From positions 62,550,862 to 62,614,861 of the forward strand of contig NC_057719.1 of the NCBI RefSeq assembly GCF_004010195.1: a stretch of 64,000 nucleotides of DNA. Direction: 5' to 3'. The position numbers were made by a program, and so were the translations under genes. The notes below the pieces were generated by a model. The model had not been told where the DNA came from and searched no databases. It worked only from the letters and a program-made list of their open reading frames with translations. Positions 12,044 to 25,246 of this stretch are shown in pieces. Numbering within the stretch: position 1 is the stretch's first letter; each line of letters begins with the position of its first letter. Source of the stretch: Chiloscyllium plagiosum. Its lineage: Eukaryota.

Positions 12044-12370
12044 GGGTGGCACGGTGGCACAGTGGTTAGCTGCCTCACAGCACCAGGGACCCGGGTTCGA
12101 TTCCCGCCTTGGGCAACTGTCTGCATGGAGTTTGCACATTCTCGCTGTGTCTGCATGGGTTTCCTCCGGGTGCTCCGGTTTCCTCCCACAATCCAAAGGT
12201 GTGCAGGTTAGGTGAACTGGCCATGCTAAATTGCCCATAGTGATAGGTGCATTAGTCGGGGTACATATAGTGTAGGGAATACATCTGCGTAGGTTATTCT
12301 TCAGAGGGTCAGTGTGGACTTGTTGAGCCGAAGGGCCTGTTTCCATACTGTAGGGAATCTAATCTAATCT
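12044..12370 (+). mobile_element. HE1 V-SINE, near full length
   Basis: A/B boxes, V-domain and the tail gaagggcctgtttccatactgtagggaatctaatctaatct. Confidence 0.95.
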
Positions 12371-12950
12371 TTCTTCAAGAGCGTTTTGTCTGTACCTCTG
12401 ATCTGATCTATTCTTAGAATGTGAGCAGGGAGTGGACCAGTTGCCTTGTGTTTATGAGGCAGATGCTGCAATAGTTGTCCTGTAACTAGACAGATAGAAA
12501 AGAAATGTCTGAATGCATGGGAAAGTAATAATGCAATTGAAATGTGCTTCGATTGATATTAATGTGTGCATACAGCCTGTTTCCAAGTTGCATTCTTCTG
12601 AGTCAGTAATATTGTGGCACCTATTTAAAAATAAATGACTTGGTTATGCAGTGTACTGTTGTTGCTTAAGGCAAGCAGTATATACATGAGTCATTTCTGA
12701 TTGCAGTCAAGCACAGTTAGGGTAATTTATCAGTACATCATCTGCTGCCAGTTTATGCAAAAAATTGGTTTCTTTTTCTCTGTCTCTCTATGTAAGCACT
12801 GTCAATGCAAGATCTCTTGTCTTCTCTTCATCTTCCAGGAGGTAAATTGTCATTACAGTTCCATATTCCCTGGTAATCAAGCCACGAGCAGTGCGGCTCT
12901 TGGTTCACATTCATGTGCTCACCATTCTGTGAATGCAGACATTAGCTCTG

Positions 12951-13266
12951 GATTAGATTAGATTCCCTACAGTGTCGAAACAGGCCCTTTGGCCCAACAA
13001 GTCCACACCGACCCTCTGAAGAGTAACCCACCCAGACCTATTTCCCTCTGACTAATGCACCTAACGCTATGGGCAATTTAGCATGGCCAATCCACCTGAC
13101 CTGCACATCTTTGGACTGTGGGAGGAAACCGGAGCACCCAGAGGAAACCCACACAGACACGGGGAGAATGTGCAAACTCCACACACAGTCTGCCCAAGGC
13201 TAGAATTGAACCTGGGTCCCTGGTGCTGTGAGGCAGCAGTGCTAACCGCTGAGCCACTGTGCCGCC
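12951..13266 (-). mobile_element. HE1 V-SINE, full length
   Basis: Reverse-complement match to 12044-12370. Confidence 0.95.
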
Positions 13267-14826
13267 GCTATATTTTTGAGGATTCCATCTTAATGTAGTA
13301 TGTGTCTGACCTCAGGCTAAAAACAGTCAGTGAGACAGTGCACGAACATAGCACGGTACTAAGGTTAGTTCATGCTTTAGATACCCATCAGCATATCACA
13401 TCTGAACGTCATGTACGAATCTCTCTCATGATGGGCAGCAGGTTCAGAAGAATCCTCAGAAATCTCCTTTTGAGCTTTTCCCTCGTGGCTTACCCTTCAG
13501 TGTTTCAGAGTGGGTGTATATCGGAATGGTTGAACATCGTTGAGGTCAGTGTTGAACTTCAAAAAAGCAGCATTTAGGGCAACTGTTTTCTCAGTGAGCA
13601 CTGCATTTTGAGGGAGAGTAGACATGTAAGCCACCATTGTATATTTCCCAGCCTTGAATAGAAATTCTCACTCCCTTAGAAAGCTGTTTGAGTGAATCTT
13701 TCTCTGCAGAGGTGTGCAAATTCTCTACTTTCTATACTCTCTCTCACCTTGTGAGTTTGTGTGAAAGGTGTGGGCAGGCCATTCCCTGCACCATGGAGGA
13801 GGGAGCTTGTTATGTAGTTTGTCCTTGGAAGACCCTTGAGCAGTCGTACCCTGGGGCCTCTGTGGGTTTAGAGGGACCCAGAGGTCCCATGCATATCCTG
13901 CTCAGATGCAGGCTCATCCTTGGAACTGCTGCAGGGTTCTGGGTTACAGGTAGGGGGATGGGCCACTTCTGGAGCATCTTGAGAAGAAGCACTTGGTGAG
14001 GCAGACTGTTGCCTCTCCTCCCTGTTAATGAGTGCTGGCACCACCCTGTCTTACTGAGGGAAAGGGGCACCTGGAGTGGGACCAAACTGCCTAGATCCTT
14101 CATGCCTGGATCTTGGCATTGCTGCAGAGCTAGTGCGGGTCTGTGCACATAACTGGGGGGCACTGAGTGTAGTGGACTTGGCTCTCCCTGGTGATCAGCC
14201 TGTCTGTGGAGACAGCAGACGCAAACACACCAAAGCCAGCACAGTACTGAAGGCATTGCTCCACACTTTCATTCCAGTAAGCTAAGGTGACACTGCCTGT
14301 ATCTGTAATTTGAAGAAGTCTTTAACAGCCAAGAAAAGGCGGCTTCCTGACCTTCCTTGACCGCAATGGAGTGTGTCAGTGATGTGCTCACCAGGTTGTT
14401 ACCATGGGCCTGACCCAAAAAGATAATGTGTGAGGTACAAGTCTTTGCCCTCACAGAGGGTCAGGTGAAAGCTTTGTCACAGCAACCTCCAAGGGTCTGC
14501 TGCTGCCACCACACACCCCCCAAAAAAGTAGGTGACGGTGTAGCTCGGGGACTGTGGTACTGTCTTTTTATTACTGGCTCACTAGATGCATTGGTACTTC
14601 CATGAAAGAAAATAAATCAGCTGTACAGTTGGATGGATAACAGATGGATCAGATGGATAACAGCTTGTGCAGTTTTGGAAAGAGGTTAATGGTGGTGGTA
14701 ATGAGAGAGAGAGCAGTGGTGAGCGTGACAATGAAACTTACTGGGTCTCCATCCTCAGTGAGAAGTTGTGCTCTTCTCTGGCTACATCTAGAATTTACTC
14801 CTTGTGGGGATTATGGAGCCTGACGT

Positions 14827-16148
14827 TGTTATGATTAAGTAATTTCATGCGTTTTGGGAATATAGTTTCTACATTAGGAATTTCTTTTAAAAAAAAAAGT
14901 AAATTGAAGCCACAGAAATTGATGAACAGCCCCGAGATGATTACAATTCAGGGTTCATGTTTACTTTGACGGGTTTCCAGGTAGAGATTCGAAAACAACA
15001 AACATCAAATGTCCCTGCTTCTGAACAGAGCGATGGATTTTGATCAGATTACACTCTATTAGATGTGTATATTGTTTGTGCAATTTCCCTAGTTCAAAGA
15101 CAGATTTGAAAGTAACTGGTAGACAAGGAAAGATATTCAAGTGACCATATACTTGTCCAATCCAAGGTAAGGTTTTTTAAAGGGGAAGAAGAATGAAAGC
15201 ACTGTGGATGCTGGAAACTCTAATGTTTTTTACAGTTCAAAATGGTGAGATAAAATTTCTTAATCAAAGATTCCAGTGATGTTACATTGCTGAGGACATA
15301 TATCCTTCTTTGTTTTTATCCCTAACAAAGTTAGCTAGGTCAGCACTTATTGCCCATCCCTAATTCCCAGAGGGCAGTTAAGATCCAACTACATTGCTCT
15401 GGAGTCGCACGTAAGCCAGAACATGTAAGGACAGTAGTTTCCTTCCCTAAAGAAATAATGGTTTTTCCAACAATCATTAGACTCTTAATTCCAGATTTTC
15501 TTTTTGACTGAATTCAAATTCCACAATCTGCCATGACTGGGTCTGAACCCAAATCTCCAGAACATGACCTAGGCCTCTGGATTAATAGTTCAGCAGTAAT
15601 GCCACCAGACTGCTTCCTCCCTGATCTCTGTGAGTTCTCACAAAGGCAGTCGAAGTCAGTTTGGAAGCAACTTTTGAGATGGACAGAGAGAGAGAGAATG
15701 TGTTGGGACCACTGACAGAGTGCTATCAAAGAATGAGGCAAGAATACAGTGAGAACCATATTTGATCTGGGATGTTCACAATCATATGGTACTTCAGTGT
15801 TAGAAAATGACCCAGCCAAGAAATCTTTACGTTAGAGCACGGGAAAGTACCAAAGAAATTTGAAGTGAATTCTTGGCAGGCCTTGGTTTGGTCCCAGGAG
15901 TCGTGGAGTAAAATAGAGGGGAACCCCTTGTTGGAACCAAACAGAGAAGTGGAAATGATCAACTTTGATGTGAGAGTTGAGAGCAAAAGTGTTTGCAAAA
16001 CTCAGTATTTAGTTAGTAATACTTGTAATGTTTGACAGTTTAAAAAAAATGAAGGTTCTTACTTAAAATATGAAAATTAATGAAGTTATTCATAATTAGG
16101 AGACTGAATTTCTTATTGAGTTGATTGCGCTCTACTGTGATCTTAACA
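14827..16148 (+). mobile_element. Possible solo LTR interrupted by a SINE
   Basis: Begins TGTTATGA, like the LTR at 23833, and ends tgtgatcttaaCA. No matching TSD. Confidence 0.35.
15325..15621 (-). mobile_element. tRNA-SINE with a LINE family B tail
   Basis: The plus strand reads cagcacttattgcccatccctaatt...gaattcaaattccac...ctctggattaatagttcag, the reverse complement of the split SINE at 8913-10462. Confidence 0.8.
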
Positions 16149-17019
16149 GTATTTCACTGTGTTGGTCTGCAGCTGGTGGTAAAGTATAATTATCTGTTGA
16201 TTTCAGGCCTGTCTTCAGGCCAATCAAATCGCCTTTGAAGAGCATGAACATTATTTGACAGCACATGACACATTCCTGAAGGTGTGGTGTAAGCAGTACT
16301 GTGTTTTCTGTAATGCTTCCTCATTGTTATTTACCTGGATATTGGGCAAAAATGGTTGTAGCACATATGGGAGATATTCCGAGGAGTGTCTGGTAATACT
16401 AGTGATGGGAAAATGTAGCATGTCAACAGGTCACTGGCTACTTCTGTAATTCTTGCATGTACCAGGAAAGGAAGCTCATTTTTAAAGACACAAATGATAG
16501 TGTTGTGTGCAGTGAAAGAATCAACAAAGAAAAGAGCACAAATTCAGCCTGACATTTAAATTAGTAATAGAATGTGCTTCAATGATGGCTGTGCCCTTTT
16601 CTCGCAATGACAAAATGCCCAAGGGTACTTCTGTATTTGCTGAAATGCAAGATGAGAAGAAATTACATTTTCACCAACAGATACCCAATTATGACGATGT
16701 GAAGCATATATTTTGACTGATTCCCAGTGTCTCTATCTGAGGCTGATCTGGCTTAGTTGCTGGTAAAGGAAAGGAATCTTCCAAATACCTGTGAACCTTG
16801 TCAACAAAGAGTCAAGAGAAGGTTTTCACTGTAATTTTCAGCCCACAAATAATGATTAACTTGACTATTATTACTATGTCCCATGGACAGTTATGGTCGG
16901 CTTGCTCATATGGCCAGCTGCAACTCCATGTTTCAGAGCAGTCAAGTGAAATATCATTTGGCTTCTGTCTTGTAGAAATCAGTGCATTGAAATGGTGTCA
17001 GAAAGAAGAACAACTTAGA

Positions 17020-17182
17020 ACAACTCTTTGTCTGCACCTTCTCTGTAGTTGTAAAACTATATTCTGCATTCTGTTCCTTTACTCTGGTCTACATATGTAA
17101 GGTAGAATTTGTCTGGTTACGGCACAAAACAATACTTGTCACCGTATCTTAGTGCATGTGACAATAATAAATCAAATCAAAT
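17020..17182 (+). mobile_element. LINE 3' UTR remnant (Rex1/Babar-like tail)
   Basis: Ends catgtgacaataataaatcaaatcaaat. A related tail lies on the minus strand near 37187-37215. Confidence 0.5.
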
Positions 17183-19979
17183 GATCTGTTGAGCGTAATT
17201 TATTTTTCGGAGTCAAAAGATTGGGAGTGGATGGTGAGGTTGGTGGACCAGTACAAATTTAGTCTTTCTGATGGGCAGCAAGTGCTCTGTCTTAATAGAG
17301 AGATCTGTGCCTGTGAGACTGATATTATGGGATCAGACAGGCTGACTGAACATTGAGGTTAATAACAGATAGAACAAGTAAACCTCACCAAACACCTTAC
17401 TCGAGCACAGCAATTCCGAAGATGTTCTGACTTTGAATCAAACAATCTTGGACATGTTACATAGGATTCTTGCAGCAAGAAGTCAGTGTAGGGCAATGGT
17501 AATATTGTTTTTGTTCGGAGCTGTGCACTCCAAGGCTTAGGGGCCATGTTGTAAACTAAGCAGAGTTGAGTGAGACTGATCTCTACTGGAGGCAATCTTA
17601 CAGTTGTGAGAAATGCAACTGATGCTGTTGCTCTGCCAGTTTAACTGACTGTGCACCGCTATGTACTCCAGAACCCTACATCCTCTTCTCAAACCTTTAG
17701 AACATAATTCTTGAAGCTTTCGGTTCCCTCAGCACAAAATCTGATTAATTGATCAATCTTGAAGATTTTGTGCTTGTTTTGGTTTTCAAAATGGCCAGTG
17801 TGAAATGTTGGCAGTTACCAGCACAAAAGAAAAACAGCATTTGGTCTTCATTTGGTTGCCAAGTTTTTCTTCAAATCTCCCAATTCTCCTCTATATTTTG
17901 AACTTGCTTTTTCACAGTCAGTAGATTTGACAGGCATCCTGCCTCTCTCTGGGTTCTTTGTGGCATCACTTTTTAAACTGGTTGTCAGACAGTACTGAAG
18001 AGAGATTGGGTTGAGTTTTTAAAGTGCTTGCATCTAAGTGGCCTGGAGCCTATTGTTCACACTGATTTCTTTGTGTTAAAGCTGCAAAATCCATTATGTA
18101 TCGATCAGCTTGCTGATGTCCTCCCCAGTGCGTGAATACAGTTACATCTGAGTAAGCATCACAGAGCTGGCTAGCTGAAGGGAAGCTTTGATTTCTTTGT
18201 CAGTGAAAATGATTTCCCAAGAATACAATACTGCTGCATTGAACTACAGATGAATCCTGAAACTTTTGTACTTCTGTTTTGCAAAGTGCACTGAACTCGC
18301 CCATTTGCACAGCTCGTCCCTGATCGCTGCCTCATGTTTTTGAAGGAGGTGCATTTTTCCTCTTACGGGCAATGTCTCTACACCTCCAGCCATGGGACTT
18401 AAATCCCTGGAAAAATTGCTGGCTTTGTCCAAGTTCCACCCGATCAATGCAAGTGGCAGTTAGAATTCATTGCTAAATCCGATACCACTCTAGGAACAGG
18501 ATGGCTTGCGCAAAAGAGCTTGGAAGTAGTGAGGTGGGGCATATATATATATAAAAAGCCATAAGTGGTGGCATTCAACGAAGACTGGGGTCAGGGAGAT
18601 AGGCTTATAGGGGGATGCTCAAAGGTTACAAATGTGGAATGGTTTAGAATGGGACAACGCGGTATAGTTGTAGTAATTTAGAACCAGAGAAAATTGACTC
18701 TGCCGATTGTATTCAAGGTGGAAATTGTTGAATGATTGAGGATTGGGAAATGTTTTGGGCTGGATCCTATTTTAAATAACAAAGGATAGGTTTTTGAGTG
18801 AAATGAAAGGGGCTAGGTATTACTGCAGACACCGTCCAGCACTTAATTACATCTTGCTGAGGCACTGAAGAGATAAAAGACAGAAATTTAATAAGTCCTG
18901 GGATTTAATCAGTCTGCAGTCAATTTCTGGACTAGCAACCTATCACACTGTTTAAAAATTGCTACACAGATCGATCAGGAGTCCCTTAGTTGCGATTTCC
19001 ATTCAGCATAAGTGTTATCAAGTAAAAGATATTCAACAACTTGCATTCATATATTCTCCTCAATGTACGAGGTGAAACACACAATATGAGGAAGGATGAC
19101 CTTTTAGGTGAAGAAAAACTTGATCTAAGAGCTCAGTTATAAAGAGGGTCGCAAAAGAAGAGTGAGCAGTCGAAGGGAATATTTGGGTGATGTTTAGTGA
19201 CTGATTTGGCTGATAGCAGTGTTAAGGATATAAAGGATATTTTTCATTGTTCCAACTATTTGATCTCTCTTTGCCTGTTATAAAGACCAGAAGCCAAGGG
19301 CACTTAATGGCAAGCAACCTGTGTGGAATCATGATTCTCAGATATATCAAGTGCTTTGTATAATAAATCTATTTGTACATTTGAATCACTTGCACCATGT
19401 GCTTCAATGATTCTCGACTATTTCATACTCGCAAATTATATATTTGTGGAAAGAACCCTGAATAGATTCTAATTTCACCCATTTATCTGAATTCAAATGT
19501 AATGGGCCCACGCTAAGGGTTCCCTTCGTAATAGATGGTGTGTCTTCCTAAGAATAATGGAAACAAACTGGGCCCATTAAATCAATGTACATATTTTAGA
19601 AATGCCCATTTGATCTTCAGTCACGTGGCTTTAGTGTCATGCTTCTAACGTGGCTTTGGCACTAATTAGGGAATGCAATTTTTTTTTGGCTTTAGTAGGA
19701 ATCCATGAGCAGAAATGAAATAAATGCCTTGCTTGTCTGTTTTTGTGATGTCAGTTTAGACAATTTCTTGCTGCACATAGTGACAGTATATCTACTGGAA
19801 CAGCTGGATAGTTGCATGGGTGGAATTCAGTCCTTTATTTCATAACTCTTTAAGTAATTGCCATTATTTGGTTGGGCAAGTGGGGACACCACCATTTCCC
19901 CAATCGTGATTAAATCTGTGGCTAGAAAGCCCATGGTTGGAGTTCTCGCCCCACTGTCATCGCAGATTAAGGCCATTAA

Positions 19980-20213
19980 GAGAACTTTCTTTACTCAGAG
20001 AGTAGTAAGTGTATGGAATGCTTTGCCTGCAACGGTAGTAGATTCGCCAAGTTTCAGTACATTTAAGTCGCCATTGGACAAGCATATGGACGTACGTGGA
20101 ATAGTGTAGGTTAGATGGGCTTCAGATTGGTATGACAGGTCAGCGCAACATCGAGGGCCGGAGGGCCGAAGGGCCTGTACTGCACTGTGTAATGTTCTGT
20201 GTTCTATGATCTA
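19980..20213 (+). mobile_element. CR1 LINE 3' end
   Basis: Translates to FFTQRVVSVWNALPATVVDSPSFSTFKSPLDKHM, followed by a gttctatg-type tail. Confidence 0.92.
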
Positions 20214-21633
20214 ACAATGGGTGCCACTAGATGGGCCAAGCTATTGGGGTTCATTCAGTGTCCAGCATGATAGTCAAGTTGGGTTGGCAGATGCCAATGA
20301 CTGTAGACCATGTGGAATGCCTGGGAAACAACTCCTGTCAAACTTCCACACTGGTTGAGTGGATGGGTGCAGTTTTTGTTTTTGGATGGGTGTGGGCGGG
20401 GGGGGGGGTATGGGTGGAGGGGGTATCTTTGTTGGAAGATAAATGGACTCAGCATCAGGAGGATGGATCTGCAGAGAGAGGGAGAGAGAGAGAGAGAGCC
20501 CTGCTTCTACGAATTGGCTAGCTGCTCTTGGTGGGTGGGATCTCCACTGCGGGGTCCTTAATACTAGGTAAGGCCCACAGTTGGTCATTTAGTTGCCTGT
20601 TTTTGCAATTAATAAGACAACCACAAGAGTCACAGGGTACCCATTTGCTGTCAGGCCAGCATGCGAGACGCCCCTGGTCTATTTTACATACTGCCCGTGA
20701 TGCATTGTATGAAGGCAGTGATGCATTTTGTGAACTCATTTTGAGAAATGCATCTGTTTACTTTTAAAGAGACCATATGCTGGATTAAATTTAAACCAAA
20801 ATGCATGAGCATCACTCTGGATGTGGCAGATCTCAGCACCATTTCTATTTTGATAGAAGATTAATAGATTTCTGAAGACTGAGCTTCAGGTGCACAAAGA
20901 AGAGTGAACGAAGTTGCAAATCCTTACTCCATGCTTGAACTATTCAACATGGTGGGCACAATTGTATGGGGTGTGAGCGATGTGGGCGGTGGTGAAATTT
21001 GAGTCAGAATTGGGTGAGAAATCAGGTGAGGCCCATCAAGCAAGCCAGGATCATCATCTCGCTCCTCCTCCTATGCATTTCACATGCATGGTGGGACTCG
21101 CATGAGGTAGCAGTGAGATGCTAATTGCCCATTACTGCTTGATAAGTGCCTTGTTAACACAACTCACGTCCTTAATATTCAGCCTCCGATCTTACCAAAT
21201 TTGTCAAACAAGCTTGATTTGGGAAAACTCAACAAGGAACCCAGAGCAAACACCTGGCGTATTTGGCCAACCGCTTTCTGTGAATGGCCTTCAGATAAGT
21301 CACTGACATACCATCTCAGGGCCCAAATCAACGGGCATGCTTCCTTTGTCTGTGGAGATTGGCATCTTCCACCTGCCGAACCAACACTACTATCATGGTA
21401 TCTCTCTTAGGGATGAAGTCTGGCATCGGGCAAGCTCGAGGAGAATTGGGGGAGGACATGGTGGGCTACAGAAGGGTGCAGGAAGAGAGCTATTGGCGAT
21501 AAACACCACCATGGGCTACACAGCAACAGCGCAGAAAAGTAGAGTGGGGATCAACAAGTTGGAATTCCAGAGCTACCAACTGCGACCATGGCTCATGTCA
21601 CTATTAGGTTAATGCCTGAATGGTGCAGACGGC

Positions 21634-22323
21634 ATAGAACATAGAACATAAAGCACAGAACAGGCCCTTCGGCCCACGATGTTGTGCCGAACATTTGTCC
21701 TAGCTTAAGCACCCATTCATGTACCTATCCAATTGCCGCTTAAAGGTCGCCAATGATTCTGACTCTGCCACTCCCGCAGGCAGCGCATTCCATGCCCCCA
21801 CCACTCTCTGGGTAAAGAACCCACCCCTGACATCTCCCCTATACCTTCCACCCTTCACCGTAAATTTATGTCCCCTTGTAACACTCGGTTGTGCCCGGGG
21901 AAAAAGTTTCTGACTGTCTACTCTACCTATTCCTCTGATCATCTTATAAACCTCTATCAAGTCACCCCTCATCCTTCGCCGTTCCAACGAGAAAAGGCCG
22001 AGAACTCTCAACCTAGCCTCGTACGACTTCCTCTCNNNNNNNNNNNNNNNNNNNNNNNNTCCTCCACCTCACTAAGAACCCTACCGTTAACCCTGTATTG
22101 CGCATTCTTATTTGTCCTTCCAAAATGGACAACCTCACAGTTGACAGGGTTGTATTCCGCATTCTTATTTGTCCTTCCAAAATGGACAACCTCACAGTTG
22201 ACAGGGTTGAACTCCATCTGCCACTCCTCAGCCCAGCTCTGCATCATATCTAAGTCTCTTTGCAGCCGACAACAGCCCTCCTCACTACCCACAACTCCAC
22301 CTATCTTCATATAATCTGCAAAT
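21634..22323 (-). mobile_element. CR1 LINE RT C-terminus and 3' UTR (young copy), containing a 24-N gap and a 57-bp tandem duplication
   Basis: FADYMKIGGVV...WQMEFNPVNCEVVHFG...LGLFSLERRRMRGDLIEVYK...WNALP. Ns occupy 22036-22059. Confidence 0.95.
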
Positions 22324-22591
22324 TGAATACTGAATATTGAATACTGCCTGAGAAATATGTGCAAGGGTGGGTCAACCGTGTTGGCAATGTGCCATTTCTA
22401 TGTTGATGGGAGATAGCGCTGAGCTTCACAGGTATCCTGAGTGCACGGCAACCTTTCAAAGTGGCACCTTCGCCAGGCATACCGTGTTTAAGCAGATATC
22501 CACTGGATGACACATTGTGGGGATGGGGTGTGGTAAAATGAGATGAGTTCTGCGATTAATAATGCAAGTTTGGTAAAATAGAATGAGAAAT

Positions 22592-22881
22592 AGCGAGTTT
22601 TGAGAAGACTTGCAGCTCAAGTTGAGATTCTGGATGTAGGTTTGGCTCCCTGAGCTGGGAGGTTCATTTCTAGACATTTCATCACCCTACTAGGTAACTG
22701 GGTAACATCCGGTCATCACCACAGGAAATGACATCACCAACCCAAAGAAACCCAATCATATAAATAGTAAGCAGGAATCATATACATTGCTTTGCCTGAG
22801 GCCCACTGAAGATGTTACCTAATAGTGACGAAACGTCTGGAAATGGACCTCCCAGCTCAGCGAGCAAACCTACAACCAGGG
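22592..22881. mobile_element. Palindromic non-autonomous Penelope-like insert with an 8-bp TSD
   Basis: Inverted arms, with TSD tgagaaat at 22584-22591 and 22882-22889. Same family as 47691-48013. Confidence 0.8.
22803..22840 (+). ncRNA. Minimal type I hammerhead ribozyme motif
   Basis: cca-CTGAAGA-t-gttac(ctaata)gtgac-GAAA-cgTC-tgg. Stems I and II pair, and the stem III region is the palindrome ACGT. Confidence 0.7.
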
Positions 22882-23832
22882 TGAGAAATCTCATTAGGTC
22901 TCGCAGTGAAAAATCTTCCAAAAATATCTGATGGAACTCTGATACACTGGGCTGAATCCTGTGCTTTTTTGGCTATCTCCAATTATGTTGTAAAGATATT
23001 ACAACACACTTTACTCTGATTTCTAGCAGTAAATGGCACCAAACAAAGGAGCTGAGGGATTCTCTGCTATCAACGTCATCAGTTGTCCAAGTTGAAGGAG
23101 AATACCCGGAATAGTCGAATGGACTCTCTTTGGAAAAAAGTGTGTCTGAGGGAGAGTGTGGGCCAACAAAGAGGGAAAGCAGACAGACAGAGAGGAATTC
23201 CTCACCCTTTTGCAACCCATACAGTCATTCTCTGAATATAATGTTAATAGTTCCTTGTTTCTCCTGAATTTCCCATGCTTTTTGCAATGGCTTGTGGAAG
23301 AAAAAATCTTAGGGCCTTCTATGCATTTAAATTTCATTTTTACACCATGAATCCATCCTCCAATTTAAAGGAGGATGGTAGATGTATCCAAGCATGTTCA
23401 GCGACCTCTCTGTTTAATTTGGTTAGCAATATCATAAATTCTAAGACTACAATGCAAGCAAGACATAATGGAACAAAATCAGATCCAAGCGTATCTATGT
23501 GTATATGCAGCTACCAGATACAATCCATTTCAGAAAAGCATATTCAACAACAGGATATGGACACTGCTAGCAAGACCAGTATTTGTTGCTCATCTCACAT
23601 TTTGTAAGCTTTGGTGAGTTGCTTTCTTAAACCTGTGAGATGAGTATTGGAGACCATGTGGGTTTGAAGTCATAATCAAAACTATGTTTTTAAGTCAAGA
23701 TGATAGTTGGCTTGGAGGGGAACTGACAGACAATGGTGTTCCAATGTGTTTGCTGCCCTTGCCCTTCGAGGTGATCGAGGTTGTGCTAGCTGCTGTTAAA
23801 GAAGCCTCAGAACCTTGGATAATTGTTGCAGT

Positions 23833-24716
23833 TGTTATGACTTTGCTGGGAAGATTACAACAATAATCATGCCCTTTTTCACAAACCATCCCAAAATGGA
23901 TCAATCCCAATGAAAGTACTGTGGTGACCAATTTGACTGACTATCTGACTGCTATTCAGGACAAAAGCAATTCCCACCTAGTTTCATCATTAACCGCAAA
24001 AATGTTTCTGTATTTTAACACTCAAAAATCTGACAGAAAAGTAGGGAAGGATTTATAATTTATTGCTATGCTACTTAAATTATACTCAAATTCAAAGTCC
24101 CCAAACATACCAGCACTTATTCATGTTTTAGACAGATAAAAGATAGCAGTACTAAAAGTAAAGAAACAAGTTATAGATAAGATGAATATAATTCCAAAAT
24201 CACAAGTTCACATTTCAAAGGTGGGTTTAGTTATGTCTCAGCCTTTTTTGATTATTTGCATTGATAGCAAGCTAATGTTTGTAGTCTCATAGTTGTTCTT
24301 CGAGTTGACAGTAAATCAGATGGACCCAAGTTGTAGTGTTAGGATTCTTTCTTTTGAGCATTTTTGACTTTTCTGTGTTGCTCCCCACATGGAGCAAGTG
24401 ACAGCACAAGGGAGAGATGGATCTTTCAGAGTCTGGATAATACTTTCTCTGCTGCCCTGGTATTTACAACTTTACAGTTTAACTAATTTGAGGAGTATCA
24501 TCAGGCAGAATGTCTTTAACTCAAAAGACATTTGGTGCTGCTCAGTCTCTCATTCTCCCTGTTAATACTTCAAAGAAACATTGCATTACACAGCTCAAAA
24601 ATATGAAGCACTTTCTTTTCAAGATACAAAACTCTACTGGTATTTCAGTTGTTAAGTAGTCCAACTTTGATTTCATCTTCTAGTTGCAAAAAAAGAAACA
24701 GATGTGTTCTCTGACA
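23833..24716. mobile_element. Solo LTR (884 bp) with a 4-bp TSD
   Basis: TGTTATGA...CTGACA termini flanked by cagt/cagt (23829-23832 and 24717-24720). The host LINE sequence resumes across it. Confidence 0.8.
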
Positions 24717-25045
24717 CAGTGCATCTTCTAGATGGTACAGAGTGCTGCTACTGTGCATTGTGATGGGAGAAGTAAATGCTAAAGATTGTGAATGCAGTGC
24801 CAATCAAGTTGGCTACTTTGCCCTGGTCCGTGATAAACTTATTGCCTTGTTGGAGCTGAGCTTAACCAGACAAGTGGGGAGTATTCCCTCACATTCCTGA
24901 CTTGTGCCTTGTCATTGGTAAATAAGCTTTGGGCAGTCAGGAGATGAGTTATTCCTTTCAGAATTCCCAGCCTCTGATCAGCCCCTCCAGCCACAGGTTT
25001 ACAGACAGGTCCACTTAAATTTCTATGCAATGATAACTCCCAGGA

Positions 25046-25246
25046 GAGAGGCTGATCTGCTACAACACGCGTTTTGTTAATGCCAATTTGCTGTACCGTG
25101 ATTGACAAATTGGGGATATTATTTCTTAAGCATGAACTTTTAAAATGATTATAGCTCCAACTCTTTAATGTTTCTAAAACATGATCTTTCTATAACATGG
25201 AGTTGCACAAGAACGCAACTATTACATTGTAGAAGACGAACTGTAT
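25046..25246. mobile_element. Tigger/pogo-like MITE
   Basis: Degenerate TIRs (tctgctacaacacg ... attgtagaagacgaactgta). Same family as 59185-59405. Confidence 0.65.

Noticed and set aside
12044..12115. tRNA gene
   Set aside because: The A/B boxes belong to the tRNA-derived SINE head and continue into the V-domain.
12044..13266. Large inverted repeats (also 27102-27976)
   Set aside because: They are simply neighbouring HE1 SINEs in opposite orientation.
22094..22209. In-frame 57-bp tandem duplication in a CR1 RT as a novel domain repeat
   Set aside because: It lies beside a 24-N scaffold gap that is shorter than the missing CR1 sequence, so an assembly artefact is likely.
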